From Chrysomallon squamiferum (taxonomy: Eukaryota; Animalia; Mollusca): a stretch of DNA of 64,000 bases. The notes beneath the pieces were generated by a model. That model made no database searches. It saw only the letters and a list, made by a program, of their open reading frames with translations, and was not told the origin of the DNA. Each line of letters starts with the position of its first letter. The first letter of the stretch is position 1. The stretch is taken from NCBI GenBank assembly GCA_012295275.1, contig CM022666.1, forward strand, positions 5,332,001-5,396,000. Reading direction: 5' to 3'. The position numbers and the translations under genes are program-made. Positions 12,249 through 25,139 of this stretch are shown here, in pieces.

Positions 12249-14076
12249 TTACAGCATATACAGGCCAAAGTAGGTGGTCTCAGGATCTCTCAAAATTCTG
12301 TTCACAAGTGATGTTTTCACCACTACAGTGTCATTGGCTTTCAGGCTGTAAACAGCTCCAATGTAGGAAGGAACAAAAGCTTCCTTGTATCTTCCTACTT
12401 TGCATGTTGTCTGAAGATTTGTGTAGAGAACTTCATAATTTGGATATTTTTCTATTGAGTGATACAGGCTATTGTATTCCAGCTCTCTGACTTGGTTGGC
12501 ATGGAATAAAACGTTGCTGTATATGAAGTAGTAAGCAGAGTGTTTGACTTGAATCCCGTCAGCGACAACAGTCACACCTCCTTTCACAAACGATCTTTTA
12601 CCAGACGACGTCCATTTTATCAAAGGCTTTGGGTTGTCTGAAATGTTTGTAAGAACAAATGATTTTTAAATAATATTTTTATTTTAAATTGTCAACAGAT
12701 GTAGTTAGTATTAGTAATATATTTCTATAACTACAAACTTCCGCTATTAACTACTTTACCACAATAACTGACATTATCACTAGTAGCACTGCTATTATTA
12801 TTGTTATCACAATTTCTACTATTATTTTCTAACCATTACTAATAACTAAGTGATAACTACTACTACTACGTTTACCAGACCAACTTTTTAAGTAACGACT
12901 ACTGTTACTTCTATTTGACTACTACCACATCTATTACCAAATCACCTATTTTAACTGAGTACTACTACTCTTCCACTACAACTACTACAACTACTACTAC
13001 TAGTACTACAGGGTTTTTGCTTTCTTACTTTTGTCATATGTTGCATTCAGTTCCATTTGCAGATGAGCCGATGTCTTCACATGAGCTGATGTCTTCAGTT
13101 CATTAGCGACATTTTTGATCTGCTTAAGTTTCTTTTCTAATATATAAATATGAACATTATATATAAAGTACACATGTATCATTCACATAGTTTCTTTCAT
13201 TTTATTCTAGGTTGGTTATTTTGTTTACTAACAATAAGGGTACATACAAATACAAAATTATAAACACTTGTGTGGATATTTAAATATGTGTGCTTTCTCT
13301 TTGTGTATGTGTCTGTTTGTGGGTTTGTCTGTCTGGGTTTGTTTGTGTGTCTTTTTGTGGGATTGTGTGTCTGTGTTTGAGTCTTTGTATGTGTGTGTTT
13401 ATGATTGTGCTTTGTGTATCTGTGTTTATGTGACTTTGTGTTTTTACATATGTCTGTGTGTATACATGTCCCTGTGTTAACTTACCACATTTCTCAGCTT
13501 TTGTATGACTTTCACTCAGTTTCTAAAAAGATTGTTAATAACCACTTTGAAACTCGTCCATAATAATACATTTTAAATTTATAAATATATTTCATCACAA
13601 TTAATTTCTCGTTTTCATAATTCAAATATTGTTAAACGTATATGGATCCTTTTTCTTTTTCTTTTCTTTTTTTTTCAATTTCATTTGTAATCAACTTAAC
13701 TTTTTAAAATAACTTTATACAGGATTTACCTATTTCTTAAGTTCATACTTATTTTTTTTCTTCTGTTTAATGTATTTATGATTTTTTCTTTTTTAGAATT
13801 TAAAATAGAATTTACCTTTTTCATTATTTCACTGATCACTTTTTCTCCATCGTTGTAACAACAATACATGATATTGTTCCTGGTTCTCTTCGTAGATTTG
13901 TCATCACAACAGTTTTCTCCTGGTTTGCACGAGATTTTCACACACAGTTCCTTGTCAAACAACAAGCTGGTTTCTATGTTCAGAAATTCGTTTAGTGTTC
14001 CAGATACAATGACACTGATGAGTATGAAGTTTAGTGCCATAAGAGAAATGGCAAGGACTGGACGAATTGGTACCAT
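12249..14076 (-). CDS. TNF-superfamily ligand, copy B (264 aa; coding exons 14076-13816, 13522-13486, 13136-13029, 12637-12249)
   Basis: Same exon lengths (261/37/108/389), splice sites and THD motifs as copy A; no stops or frameshifts. Confidence 0.92.
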
Positions 14077-15607
14077 TTTGTGTAACAACGTTTAATTCCT
14101 TTAGCTGTAAAACACGACCATAACAAAAACAGTTGTGAGTAGTAATAAATAATACCAAGATAAATACACACACAAAATACAGATATACGCACCTAAATAA
14201 CATTCTTTCAGAGAATAAACTAAAATAATAAATAAAGCAAGAAAACACACACAGAAACGCGCACACAGATACCACACAAAGAGCAGAATATTCTTTCGAA
14301 AAATTAAAATAAGAGTAAATGAAAACAATGACTTACGTTGTGGAAATATATAACGCCTTCTTACTTCTTTTTCGTTATCGAAATAATTATTTAAATTTGT
14401 GTTAGAGTCTGCTGCTCTTTAGAAGATAACAATATTGTATTAAAACCGAACAGAAACTAGAATTTCCGCGAATCAGGGGGTTTTCTTTTGGATCCTTCAG
14501 ATCACTATGATTGGCTATGAGAACAATAAAACCTAAAACCTATAATGTTCCTAAAATAAACTAAACTATTTTAACGTTGCGTGTGTACTGTATACTTTCC
14601 TAAATAAACTACATGTTGTTGCTTGTCGTAGTCGTAGTTCTTGTTAATAGTACTACGACTGTTGTTGCCAATGTTCATTACGTGATACGAATCGATACGC
14701 GGACTGTGATCTATTTTAAGAATTCTGGCTTTGCTCAGTTTGCCATGATTACGTCAGGTACATATGATCTACATCCAGGAACAGAAACAAGGAAAGAAAA
14801 ACTTAACAACTGACTATTAACCAGGTAGTTTGTTATTTTTTTGTTTAATTACTCTTCAATAGTCTAGACACCAAATAAATTATCAAAATGTAATACAGAA
14901 CCTCTACATTATTTAATTTCAAATAACCAAACATACTCCAGCTATGCACTACAGTATATATCTACACACGATCCACGAACGAGCACAGTTATAAAAATTG
15001 GATTATTCCCTGACAGAAAAAACTAGTTATTTTTATTCATTTATTTTCATAATCGTTTCAGTGGTTGAACGTGTTTATTTGGACTAGAGATAACAGTAAT
15101 CGCATGATTGAAGCAGGTTGTGAAATAAGTTCATCGATAAACTCATTCAACAACAACAACAGCAACTGTATTTATTTATAAAAATAAACATCCATTCATA
15201 CAATCCGCCTATTAGTAATACGGTTGACTGACAACTATTTATAGCTAGGGGGGAAAGCCCAGTTGCCGAAGTAAATTAATATTCATTACTTCTCGGAAAT
15301 CCTCAAGGTGAAAAAAACAAGCCAACAGCATGACGTTAATATGTTGTTATTTTAAATACTGGCATCTGTCTAAAGAATCTTATTTGAGTATCAGAAACGT
15401 TTTAAATAATAAATATATGAATGGGTAAATATGTCTGTGTGTGACAAAAATATAATCTCTGTTTATATGGACCAAAATAAATAAATAAATAGCAATAACA
15501 ACAACAATAATAATTATAAACAAACAAATATAATAATAATAATAATAATAATAAAAACAACATTTTAATTTAATTTAACAATTCTCTTTCCAAAATGCAG
15601 TGTGTGT

Positions 15608-15649
<42 letters not shown>

Positions 15650-17574
15650 AAATCAGAAACAAAGGTGTATATATATATCACTATTAAAACACTGCATAAA
15701 TTTCACTATTACATGATTACTGCAATGTTAAATCTGGAACCCAGAATGTAGTTAAATAGAAAAGAGAACAACAACAAGAAAAAGAAGAAAAAAAAATTAG
15801 ACACTCTTATATTACCTTTTAAAATCTGTTCAAGAAAAATAATTATTTAGTGAAACTCCTGGTTTCCAGCAATCATCGACATGGATTTAAGGAACCAGGA
15901 ATACGCTAAGGTCAGCTGGGTTTAGAGGGCGTGGACACTATCAGCCCCTCAGTGAAAATATTTTATAGTCTGAAAATGCAGCTTGTTATTGGAGACAAGT
16001 AACACAAAATTATCCATTACTTGTTATTATTCATGACTCTCGGGATCCAGTGATACAAATCAGTCCTGGTCAGACAGCATGGTTTTGTCAACTGATCGCT
16101 CATTCCACAAGGAACATTATTTTTATTATTATTTGTTTTTCCTCATATAATCAGATGAATAAATTAGAAACTGATCTTTTATAAATTTGAAATTATTTAT
16201 ATGTCAGACTGTTGAATATGCATCTGCAGTTTAAAGGAAATACATACACGGATCATATTCATACTGAACACATCAAGTTTTTCAAGTATTAATTGTTATG
16301 GGTGTTTTGTCTTTCTAATTATTTGATAAAATACAAGGGCAGCAGCGGGTGTCAATCATGTTGATATCAATAATAACAAACCAAGACATCAGTATTTTTA
16401 TAGAAAAGGTATTTTTACCGAAGAGAGAGAGAAAAATAAATGTTTACTTTCTCCAAAGCAGATCTTACTCGTATGTTTAATCTGTGGTGAAAATGTTGAT
16501 TAATGGAATTTTATCAGGATTGATTTTTTTGTTTTTTTATGATGAGCAATGTTCCCATCCGGACCTTTTGTTTATGACAAACTATTTACAGACTGGGTGG
16601 AAATCTCATTTCTTGAAGAATTTTAGTTATTACTTATCACAAACCTTAATCTAAAGACACACACACATATTTCTTAAATAACCTTATAACCGTATGCTTT
16701 TTATTTGCAAATGGCAGTCATGACCTAGTTATTGTTTTGTTAAGGAACCCATCTAGAATTTCATTTAAAAAATTTTAGAATGATATTTGTGTTCATTATC
16801 AACAACAACAACATCAGCAACAGAATAATGCATTAATACTTTCTGATTCCGTGTGTTAATAATAGGGATAATGTTTTCTCTCGGTAAAAGCTTCGACTAC
16901 TGATTGTGACGAGCTATTTCTGGGTAGAAAACTCAGATCTTGAAGAAATATTTATTCTCCAAAATTCTTAAAGGGACTCCCTCCGCCTCATTGTTAATAT
17001 ACTTTTATTCAAAATACATGTATCGACAAAAAGTCTAAAAAAATGTATTACAATTATAAAAAAACAACATATTAAACCATATTCCAGTAGCATAATTAAT
17101 TATTAATCTAAGAAGTATAAAAATAAATACAAAATTTTAAATATACCAACTTTATTTTTAAAAAAAACACAAAAAAAACCACACCATTAAATCGAATTAA
17201 ATCTTTATTTGATTATTATTATTATATCTGTTTTAATAATAAATTATCTTACTTCAGACAAAAAAGTTCTTTAGTAAAAACTGATACAACACCCTAAAAC
17301 AAAAGAAGCGAAGTAAAATAATTTTATAAATAAAATACCTATTTATAATTAGAAAAATAAACAAATAAATAAATAAAGTAATAAAGTAATAGCAATAATA
17401 CACTAGTATTAGAGCAATTTTCAGTATAAGATGATGAATTAGGGCTGCTTCGTTGAGGAAAATAGTATAAATTATATTTTGAAATATATATTAAAATCAC
17501 AAACAAGCAATCACAAAAAAGTAATACAGAAAATTATACATCAACAGTTACAATTGAGGCCTCTCGAAACAGTT

Positions 17575-19405
17575 TTACAGCATATACAGGCCAAAGTAGG
17601 TTGTCTCAGGATCTCTCAAAATTCTGTTCACAACTGATGTTCTCACCACTACGGTGTCATTGGCTTTCAGGTAGTAAACAGCTCCAATGTAAGAAGTAAC
17701 AAAACCTTCCTTGTCTCTTCCTACTTTGCATGTTGTTTGAGGATTTCTGTAGAGAACTTCATAATTTGGATATGTTTCAATTGAGTGACACAGCCTAGCG
17801 TATTCTAGCTCTCTGAGTTGGTTGGCATGGAATAAAACGTTGCTGTATATGAAGTAGTAAGCAGCGTGTTTGACTTGAATCCCGTCAGCGACAACAGCAG
17901 CAGCTCCTTTCACAAAAGATCTTTTTCCAGACGACGTCCATTTGATCAAAGGCTTTGGGTTGTCTGAAATGTTTGAAAGAACAAATGATTTTTAAATAAT
18001 ATTTCTATTTTAAATTGTCAACAGTTGTAGTTAGTATTACTAATATATTTCTATAACTACAAACTTCCGCTATTAACTCCTTTACCACAATAACTGATAT
18101 TATCACTAGTAACACTGCTATTATTATTGTTATCACAATTTCTACTATTATTTTCTAACCTTTACTAATAACTAAGTGATAACCACTACTACTACTACGT
18201 TTACCAGACCAACTTTTTAAGTAACGACTACTGTTACTTCTATTTACTACTACCACGTGTATTACCAAATCACCTATTTTAACTGAGTACTACTACTCTT
18301 CCACTACAACTACTACTACTAGTACTACTGGTGTTTTTTTCTTACTTTTGTCATATGTTGCATTCAATTCCATTTGTAGATGAGCCGATGTCTTCACATG
18401 AGCCGGTTTCTTCAGTTCAGTAGCGACATCTCTGATCTGCTTAAGTTTCCTTTCTAATATATATATATATATACATGAACATTTTATATAAAGTACACAT
18501 GTAACATTCACATAGTTTCTTTCATTTTATTCTAGGTTGGTTATTTTGTTTACTAACAATAAGGGTACATACAAATACAAAATTATAAACACTTGTGTGG
18601 ATATTTAAATATGTGTGGTTTCTCTTTGTGTGTGTGTCTTTTTGTGGGTTTGTCTGTCTGGGTTTGTTTATGTGTCTTTTTGTGGGATTGTGTGTCTGTG
18701 CTTGAGTCTTTGTATGTGTGTGTATGTTTATGGTTGTGCTTTGTGTTTCTGTGTTTATGCGACTTTGTGTTTTTACGTATGTCTGTGTGTATATATGTCC
18801 CTGTGTTAACTTACCACATTTCTCAGCTTTTGTATGACTTTCACTCAGTTTCTAAAAAGATTGTTAATATCCACTTTGAAACTCGTCCATAATAATACAT
18901 TTTAAATTTATAAATATATTTCATCAAAATTAATTTCTCGTTTTCATAATTTAAATATTGTTAAAGGTATATGGATCCTTTTTCTTTTTCTTTTCTTTTT
19001 TTTTTTGAATTTCATTTGTAATCAACTTAACTTTTTAAAATAATTTATACACGATTTACCTATTTCTTAATATCATACTTATTTTTTTCTTCTGTTTAAT
19101 GTATTTATGATTTTTTCTTTTTTAGAATTCAAAATAGAATTTACCTTTTTCATAATTTCACTGATCACTTTTTCTCCATCGTTGTAACAGCAATACGTGA
19201 TATTGTTCCTGGTTCTCTTCGTAGATCTGTCATCACAACAGTTTTCTCCTGGTTTGCACGAGATTTTCACACACAGTTCCTTGTCAAACAACAAGTTGGT
19301 TTCTCTGTTCAGAAAATCTTTTAATGTTACAGATACAATGACACTGATGAGTATGAAGCTTAGTGCCATAAGAGGAATGGCAATGACAGGACGAATTGGT
19401 ACCAT
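17575..19405 (-). CDS. TNF-superfamily ligand, copy C (264 aa; coding exons 19405-19145, 18851-18815, 18453-18346, 17963-17575)
   Basis: Same exon lengths, GT-AG sites and THD motifs; ORF intact. A candidate 5' UTR exon donor (AG|GTAAGT) lies at 21211/21210. Confidence 0.92.
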
Positions 19406-20809
19406 TTTGTGTAACAACTTTTAACTCCTTTAGAAGTAATCTGTAAACCATGAACGAAAGAAAAAAAAAATGTTATTAGTAATAAATAATACCAAGATAA
19501 ATACACACACCCTCACACGTACACACTCACAATATACACACACCTATATAAAACATTATTTCAGCAAACCAAAAATATACACTTGTACATACATACAAAT
19601 AAAAAACTTTCAAACAATGACTATATAAATAAAAAAAACAAATTCACACACAGTATACACATGTACATACAGTTCTATATAATATTCTTTCAAAGAAAAA
19701 AACTAAAATAAATAATATCAAGATATATTTACTTGAATAATGATCTTATGCGATGTAAAAAAAAAAAAAAAAAAAAAAAACATAGCATAGGTTTCTGTTT
19801 TGAAATGCGAGGCCTGATTTATCAATTTTCAGTGAATGCCTAGTAAACCACTGTGTACAAATACTCACCACTGAAATCCAATATGACAACACAGCGATGT
19901 TCAATGGAGCAGATAATCCTCCTAATGAAGACCTTGATATCTAATGGCACAAAATTTGTTTCCAATTGTTGGGGAGTGTAAGGAGTAGAGTTTTTCGTCC
20001 GAAGTTATTTATATCACTGGAAAGAGGTAGGATTTTAAAGAAACAATGAAAAATAAATATATTTTTATTTTTCTCTTAAAATAAATGTATAGGTAAAAAT
20101 GTGAAGGTAGATTGGCAATCAAAGATGTAACTTTCCAAGAATGAAGACAATGTAACAAAATGAAAATAAGCGAAAAACAGTTTGAGATAGCAAAGCGCGC
20201 AATAAATATTCAATACCGTGAAGTGGAATAAATATCCAATCAAGTCGCAGTATTTTGATCTGGTGACTAACCAAGGCGATGATGGCTTATTTCCAATATT
20301 CTACCGCCAAAACATCTTATTTTTCTAAAAACTTAGAAAACAGTTCTCGCTCGATAGATTTTGATGATTTAATAAAATCAATAAAATGTGTTTTTTCTTG
20401 TAAAAAATTCAAAAACAAACAACAACACTCGGTGAACTCGGGTAGGGCTTAATAGCGGAAAGTTCTACGTTCAGCGAACAAATTTGACAAGCCAGACCGT
20501 ATCGACCTTACGGGGATTTTTTTTATTTTTTATTTTTTATTTTTTTTTCAAGTTATGATAATATCACTTAATATTACTATATTAATAGAACTGTTACATT
20601 AAGGTGCCAGTGCATTTTGCAGATTTTCGAGATACCAGACAAATAAATGAGTGCTGTATTTTCTGTGGCTGTTATTATTCTTACCTGACAACGCATGTGC
20701 TAGATACTTATCGACCGTATCGCGAGATTTAGTTTTTTCAATAATATTGTATTGTACAAATGAAATTAGGACGTGTAAAAATCCTAAACAGCATTGTTAA
20801 TTTATAATT

Positions 20810-21200
20810 TTATGTAAATAAATATAACCTATGAAATAAGTGAAATTATACTTTTATATAACTGTATATAACCTATGAAATAAGTGTAATTATAATTTTA
20901 TATCAATATATATGACCTATGAAATAAGTGAAAATAAAATTTTATATAAATATATATAACATATTAAATAAGTGAAATTATAATTTTATATTAATATATA
21001 TAATCGAAGAAATAAATGAAATTATAATTTTATATAAATATATATAACATATGAAATAATTGAAATCATAATTTTATATAAATATATATAACATATGAAA
21101 TAAGTGAAATTATAATTTTATATTAATATATATAATCAAAGAAATAAATGAAATTATAATTTTATATAAATAAATATATAACCTATGAAATAAGTAAAAC
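20810..21200. repeat. ~41-bp AT-rich minisatellite (about 9 units) beside the first-exon donor of copy C
   Basis: Unit approximately tatataacctatgaaataagtgaaattataatttttatataaa; about 3-4 units at 52950-53100 (D) and one at 9410-9460 (A). Confidence 0.85.
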
Positions 21201-21210
21201 ATTTACTTAC

Positions 21211-21369
21211 CTAAATTAGGCTGACTCTGTGTTCACAATGGAGTGAAGCACGTCTAAGCTCTATGACAGGTTTCGTTGATTTTTATACCAGCCACTTTGA
21301 AAAAGTCGTATGACGTCGTCTACCTCCTTTCAGAGAATAATAATTTTCTTCGGGTATACTGGGCTTTCC
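21211..21369 (-). promoter_or_regulatory. Putative promoter and short non-coding first exon of TNF copy C
   Basis: Donor AG|GTAAGT at 21211/21210; TATAAAA on the minus strand at 21281-21287; CRE-like TGACGTCG at 21311-21318; kappaB-like GGGCTTTCC at 21361-21369. The donor and TATA context are conserved upstream of copy D. Confidence 0.5.
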
Positions 21370-23198
21370 ACCCAGGCTGTATGTAGATATCAGTCAAGCA
21401 TATTACTTTGAAAACATAGTATCATATTCTCTACCAGCTCACTCGATCATTTTTGATTGGCTAAGAGGAAATGTCGTCTGATTTATTTAAATTTATTGCT
21501 TATTTGTTTTTTCTTCTGTCGTTTTTAATTTTTCGCTATAGATTTCGTATAGTCATTTAATTTACTATGAATGAAATGAGCAAAGTTATTATATGTATTT
21601 TGTTGTCTGTTTGTGTTGTTTATAAATAACCTACATATTATAGTAGTTATTGCTATAATAGTAGTAGTTGTTGTAGTTGTGGTAGTAGTAGTAGTTGTTG
21701 TTGTTGTTGCGGTTGCTTTTGTCGTTATTGTTAAACAAAGAGTACAGTGTAACTTCTATTCCTGTGTCAACTAAACCATACACAACAAAAGGAAAACAGT
21801 GGAAAGTTCCAGCTCAAATTTGTCATCTTACACGTAGTCGGAATAAATAAGTGTAGTGATCAATTATGATTACAGGGCCAGGTACATAAAGTCTCAGAAA
21901 TATCTCCCTATGACAGAAGAATCTTCAGTTTGTAAGTGTCACTTGTATCATGACTGTTGATCAATCTGCCGAATAAATAAATAAATGAATGAATAAATAA
22001 ATAAATAAATGAGCGAAACAAAGTAAAATAAAATAAAAACAAAATAAAATAAAATAAAAACAAAATAAAATAAAATAAAATAAATGAAAATAATTTTATG
22101 AAAGAAAAAAAGTGTAACAAATAAGTAAAATAAATAAAAATAATTAAAATATGCTAAATTAAAATTTAAAAAATTAGAAAATAAAAATAAAAACGCGATA
22201 AAAATAAATAAAAATACAAAATGATGAAAGTAAAGTAAAATAAATAAATACATTAAAAAAATAAAATAAATGAAATAAAATTATAGTAAGATAAATAAAA
22301 ATAAGGTAAATAGAGGAAAATAAAAATAAAGACAAACAAACAAACCATAAATAAATTTAAAAAAGAATTGAAAAAAGAATAGAAAAGGGAAACGATATAT
22401 TCTGCGTGTCACAAGGTGGACATTTGTACATAATCGGGATAAATAACTGAAGTTATCCATTTATTACTATAGGGCCAGGAATATGAAAAGTCTCAGAAAT
22501 ATCTGCCTGTGACAGAAGAATCTTCCACTTGTAAACGTTACTTGTATCATGACTGTTGATTCAGTGGTTGGAAAAAAAGTCACAATTTTCATATAACAAA
22601 ATATATGAATCTATAGAATTTATTGAATGAGGCATCATAGTCTACATGGGGTGATTGTTAAGCTTACTGATTAGGTCAATTAGGTTAGATTTCATGCTGT
22701 TCAGGGGTGGTGACTTGTTACACTTATTAATTAGGCAGGATTAAACAAAGAGTTTTCATATTGTGCAGGGTTGATACTTGGGTCCAGCTTACTGATTAGG
22801 ATAGATTTAAACTAAGAGCTTCCTATTGTAAATAACTGATAAAATGTTCGATGTTAAAATGTGTTTCACTGTATATTCTCCAGCTTATTCTAGTATCAGA
22901 AGTATGTATATCTTTGCTCTTCTGTATTAATCCTTACGTGATTGTTTTAACCGATTACAATTATTCTATCCATCTATATGATTCTTTACTGCTATACTGA
23001 ATAGAGTTTTAAAGGGGTCTTGTGTTTGTTGTGTTCTAGTGTACAATAAAGGGTGTATACATACATATATATGCTTTCTTATTAGATTATGCATGTGTTC
23101 ATACTTTTGTTTAATAGATATTACCAGTGAAGGGATTTTTGTTTTTATGTTTGTCAGGCTTTGAATATTCACAGATCATTTTAGCTTATTATTCTTTA

Positions 23199-23273
23199 GT
23201 ACGAGGATATCAAAAAATTTGTGTTACTTCTTACATTGGAGGTGTTGACTACCTGAAAGTCAGTGACACTGTA
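23199..23273 (+). pseudogene. Inverted fragment of the TNF-domain exon
   Basis: VRGYQKICVTSYIGGVDYLKVSDTV aligns with VRRYQEGFVASYIGAVYYLKANDTV of copy A but lies on the plus strand. It is followed (to ~23930) by an inverted copy of the TNF 3'-flank sequence seen at 9770-10070. Confidence 0.85.
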
Positions 23274-23620
23274 TATAAACAAACACATACATTACATTTT
23301 ATAAATATATAAAAATTGTTCAGTTAAATAAAAATGTTTATTGTTATCTCAACTCTATTCTGTTGTAGTTGAGCAGATTAGATTCACCATCTGACGCTTA
23401 AAGCTATTATAATAACCGTTATTATAATTAATTAATTAATTAATATTATTATTATTATTATTATTATTTTTTTTTTTTTTTTTTTTTTTTTTTATTCGTT
23501 CATTTAATATTGTTCTTGTTGTTGTTGTTGCTAGTTAGTTATTTTGGTCCATATAAAGAGAGACTATACATTTATTTCCATTAAATTTATTAAATTCACA
23601 CACACACACACACACACTCA

Positions 23621-23676
<56 letters not shown>

Positions 23677-24445
23677 GATCCATACCCAGACACACACACA
23701 TACATATTATTTAAAATATTTTTGATACTCTAACACGATTCTTTGACTAGTTACCAGAGTTTTTGAAAAACAACATATTATGACTATGTTAAACTGTTTT
23801 GTCCTCTCAAGAAGATTTCCGAGAAGAAATAAATACTCATTTTATTCTTGAACTGGGCTATAAATAGATGTTACGTCAGCCGAATTACTAATAGACGGAT
23901 TCACAAAGTTTGAATACATTATTATTATTAAATAAATTTGTTGCTGTTCTTACTTTTGTTGAAACTGAAAATGAACACAAATATCTTTTTAAGGTGAAAT
24001 AAATAAATTAATTAAAAGAAAAAAGTAATAAAATGAAATGAAATAAAAGAAATACAGTAAAATAAACTAATGAAAATAAACAATCAAACAAATAATTAAA
24101 TAAATAAATAAAGTTTATAGCAGATGTTCGATCAATTTATCCATAAACTTCTTCACCTTTTACGCTCAATTCATCGATAAATTATAAATATATAATAAAA
24201 AAATACTTAATTTCTTAAAATAAATGGTACAAACGGGTACAGTTCATATGTTTAATTCCGTTTTTCATTCAGGCACGCGCTAAAGTTTCCCTCAGCTGTG
24301 TTGATCAGTTGACACGCAGACGTCACACGTGCATGTGGTGTTCAGATTCTCTCTTCTCTTCTGCTTCCATTTAAACTTAACACTTTTATAATTTACTTTT
24401 CCAATATGTCAAAACCAATTTGTGCTTGTGTCTGTGTTAATTTAC

Positions 24446-24830
24446 CACTTTTCTCAGCTTTTCTGTGACTTTGACTCAGTTTCTAAAAATAATATTAATA
24501 ACCAGTTTGAAACTCGTCTATTACAATCAATTTTAAATTTATAAATATTTTTCAGCACAATTAATTTCTTCTTTTCATAATTTCACTATTATTAAACGCA
24601 TATGGATGTTTTTCTTAATTTTGTTTGTAATGAACATCACTATTTAATATTTTTATATAGAAGTTATCTGTTTCTATATAAAAATTCTTTTTTCTTTGGT
24701 GGTTGTTGCATTTAATGTATTTATAAAACAGACGAGTATCGAGTTTAATATTGCATTTTCCTATAGATACAGTCTGTGTCAAACATGACAAAAATGTTAT
24801 TAGTAATCAATAATACCAAGATAAAGACAC
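24446..24830 (-). pseudogene. TNF relic: intact 37-nt exon 2 (24482-24446), intron 1 and a largely deleted exon 1
   Basis: ttag|AAACTGAGTCAAAGTCACAGAAAAGCTGAGAAAAGTG|gtaaat (KLSQSHRKAEKS); exon-1 remnant gacgagtatcgagttta near 24731; no exons 3-4 in the same orientation. Confidence 0.8.
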
Positions 24831-25139
24831 ACACATAAATAACATTCTTTCAAAAAATAAAAGTAGAATAATAAATAAAACCACACACACATACACAAAC
24901 ACACACACACACATAAACACACACACACACACAAGCACACTCACACACACACACAAACACAAACACACACAAACACACACAAACACACACACACACACAC
25001 AAAAACACACAGAAACAGAAACACACACAAACACACGCAGAAAAGCGCGCAACAGATACTATACAAACAACAGAATACTTTTTCAAACAATTAAAATAAG
25101 ACTATAGGAAAATAATGACATATCTTGCAAAAATATATA

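Larger units (their letters stand above)
9710..19430. repeat. Tandem segmental duplication of the TNF unit: ~9710-14100 (B) repeated at ~15130-19430 (C)
   Basis: Collinear, highly similar 3' flanks and introns at an offset of about 5.3-5.4 kb. Confidence 0.9.
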
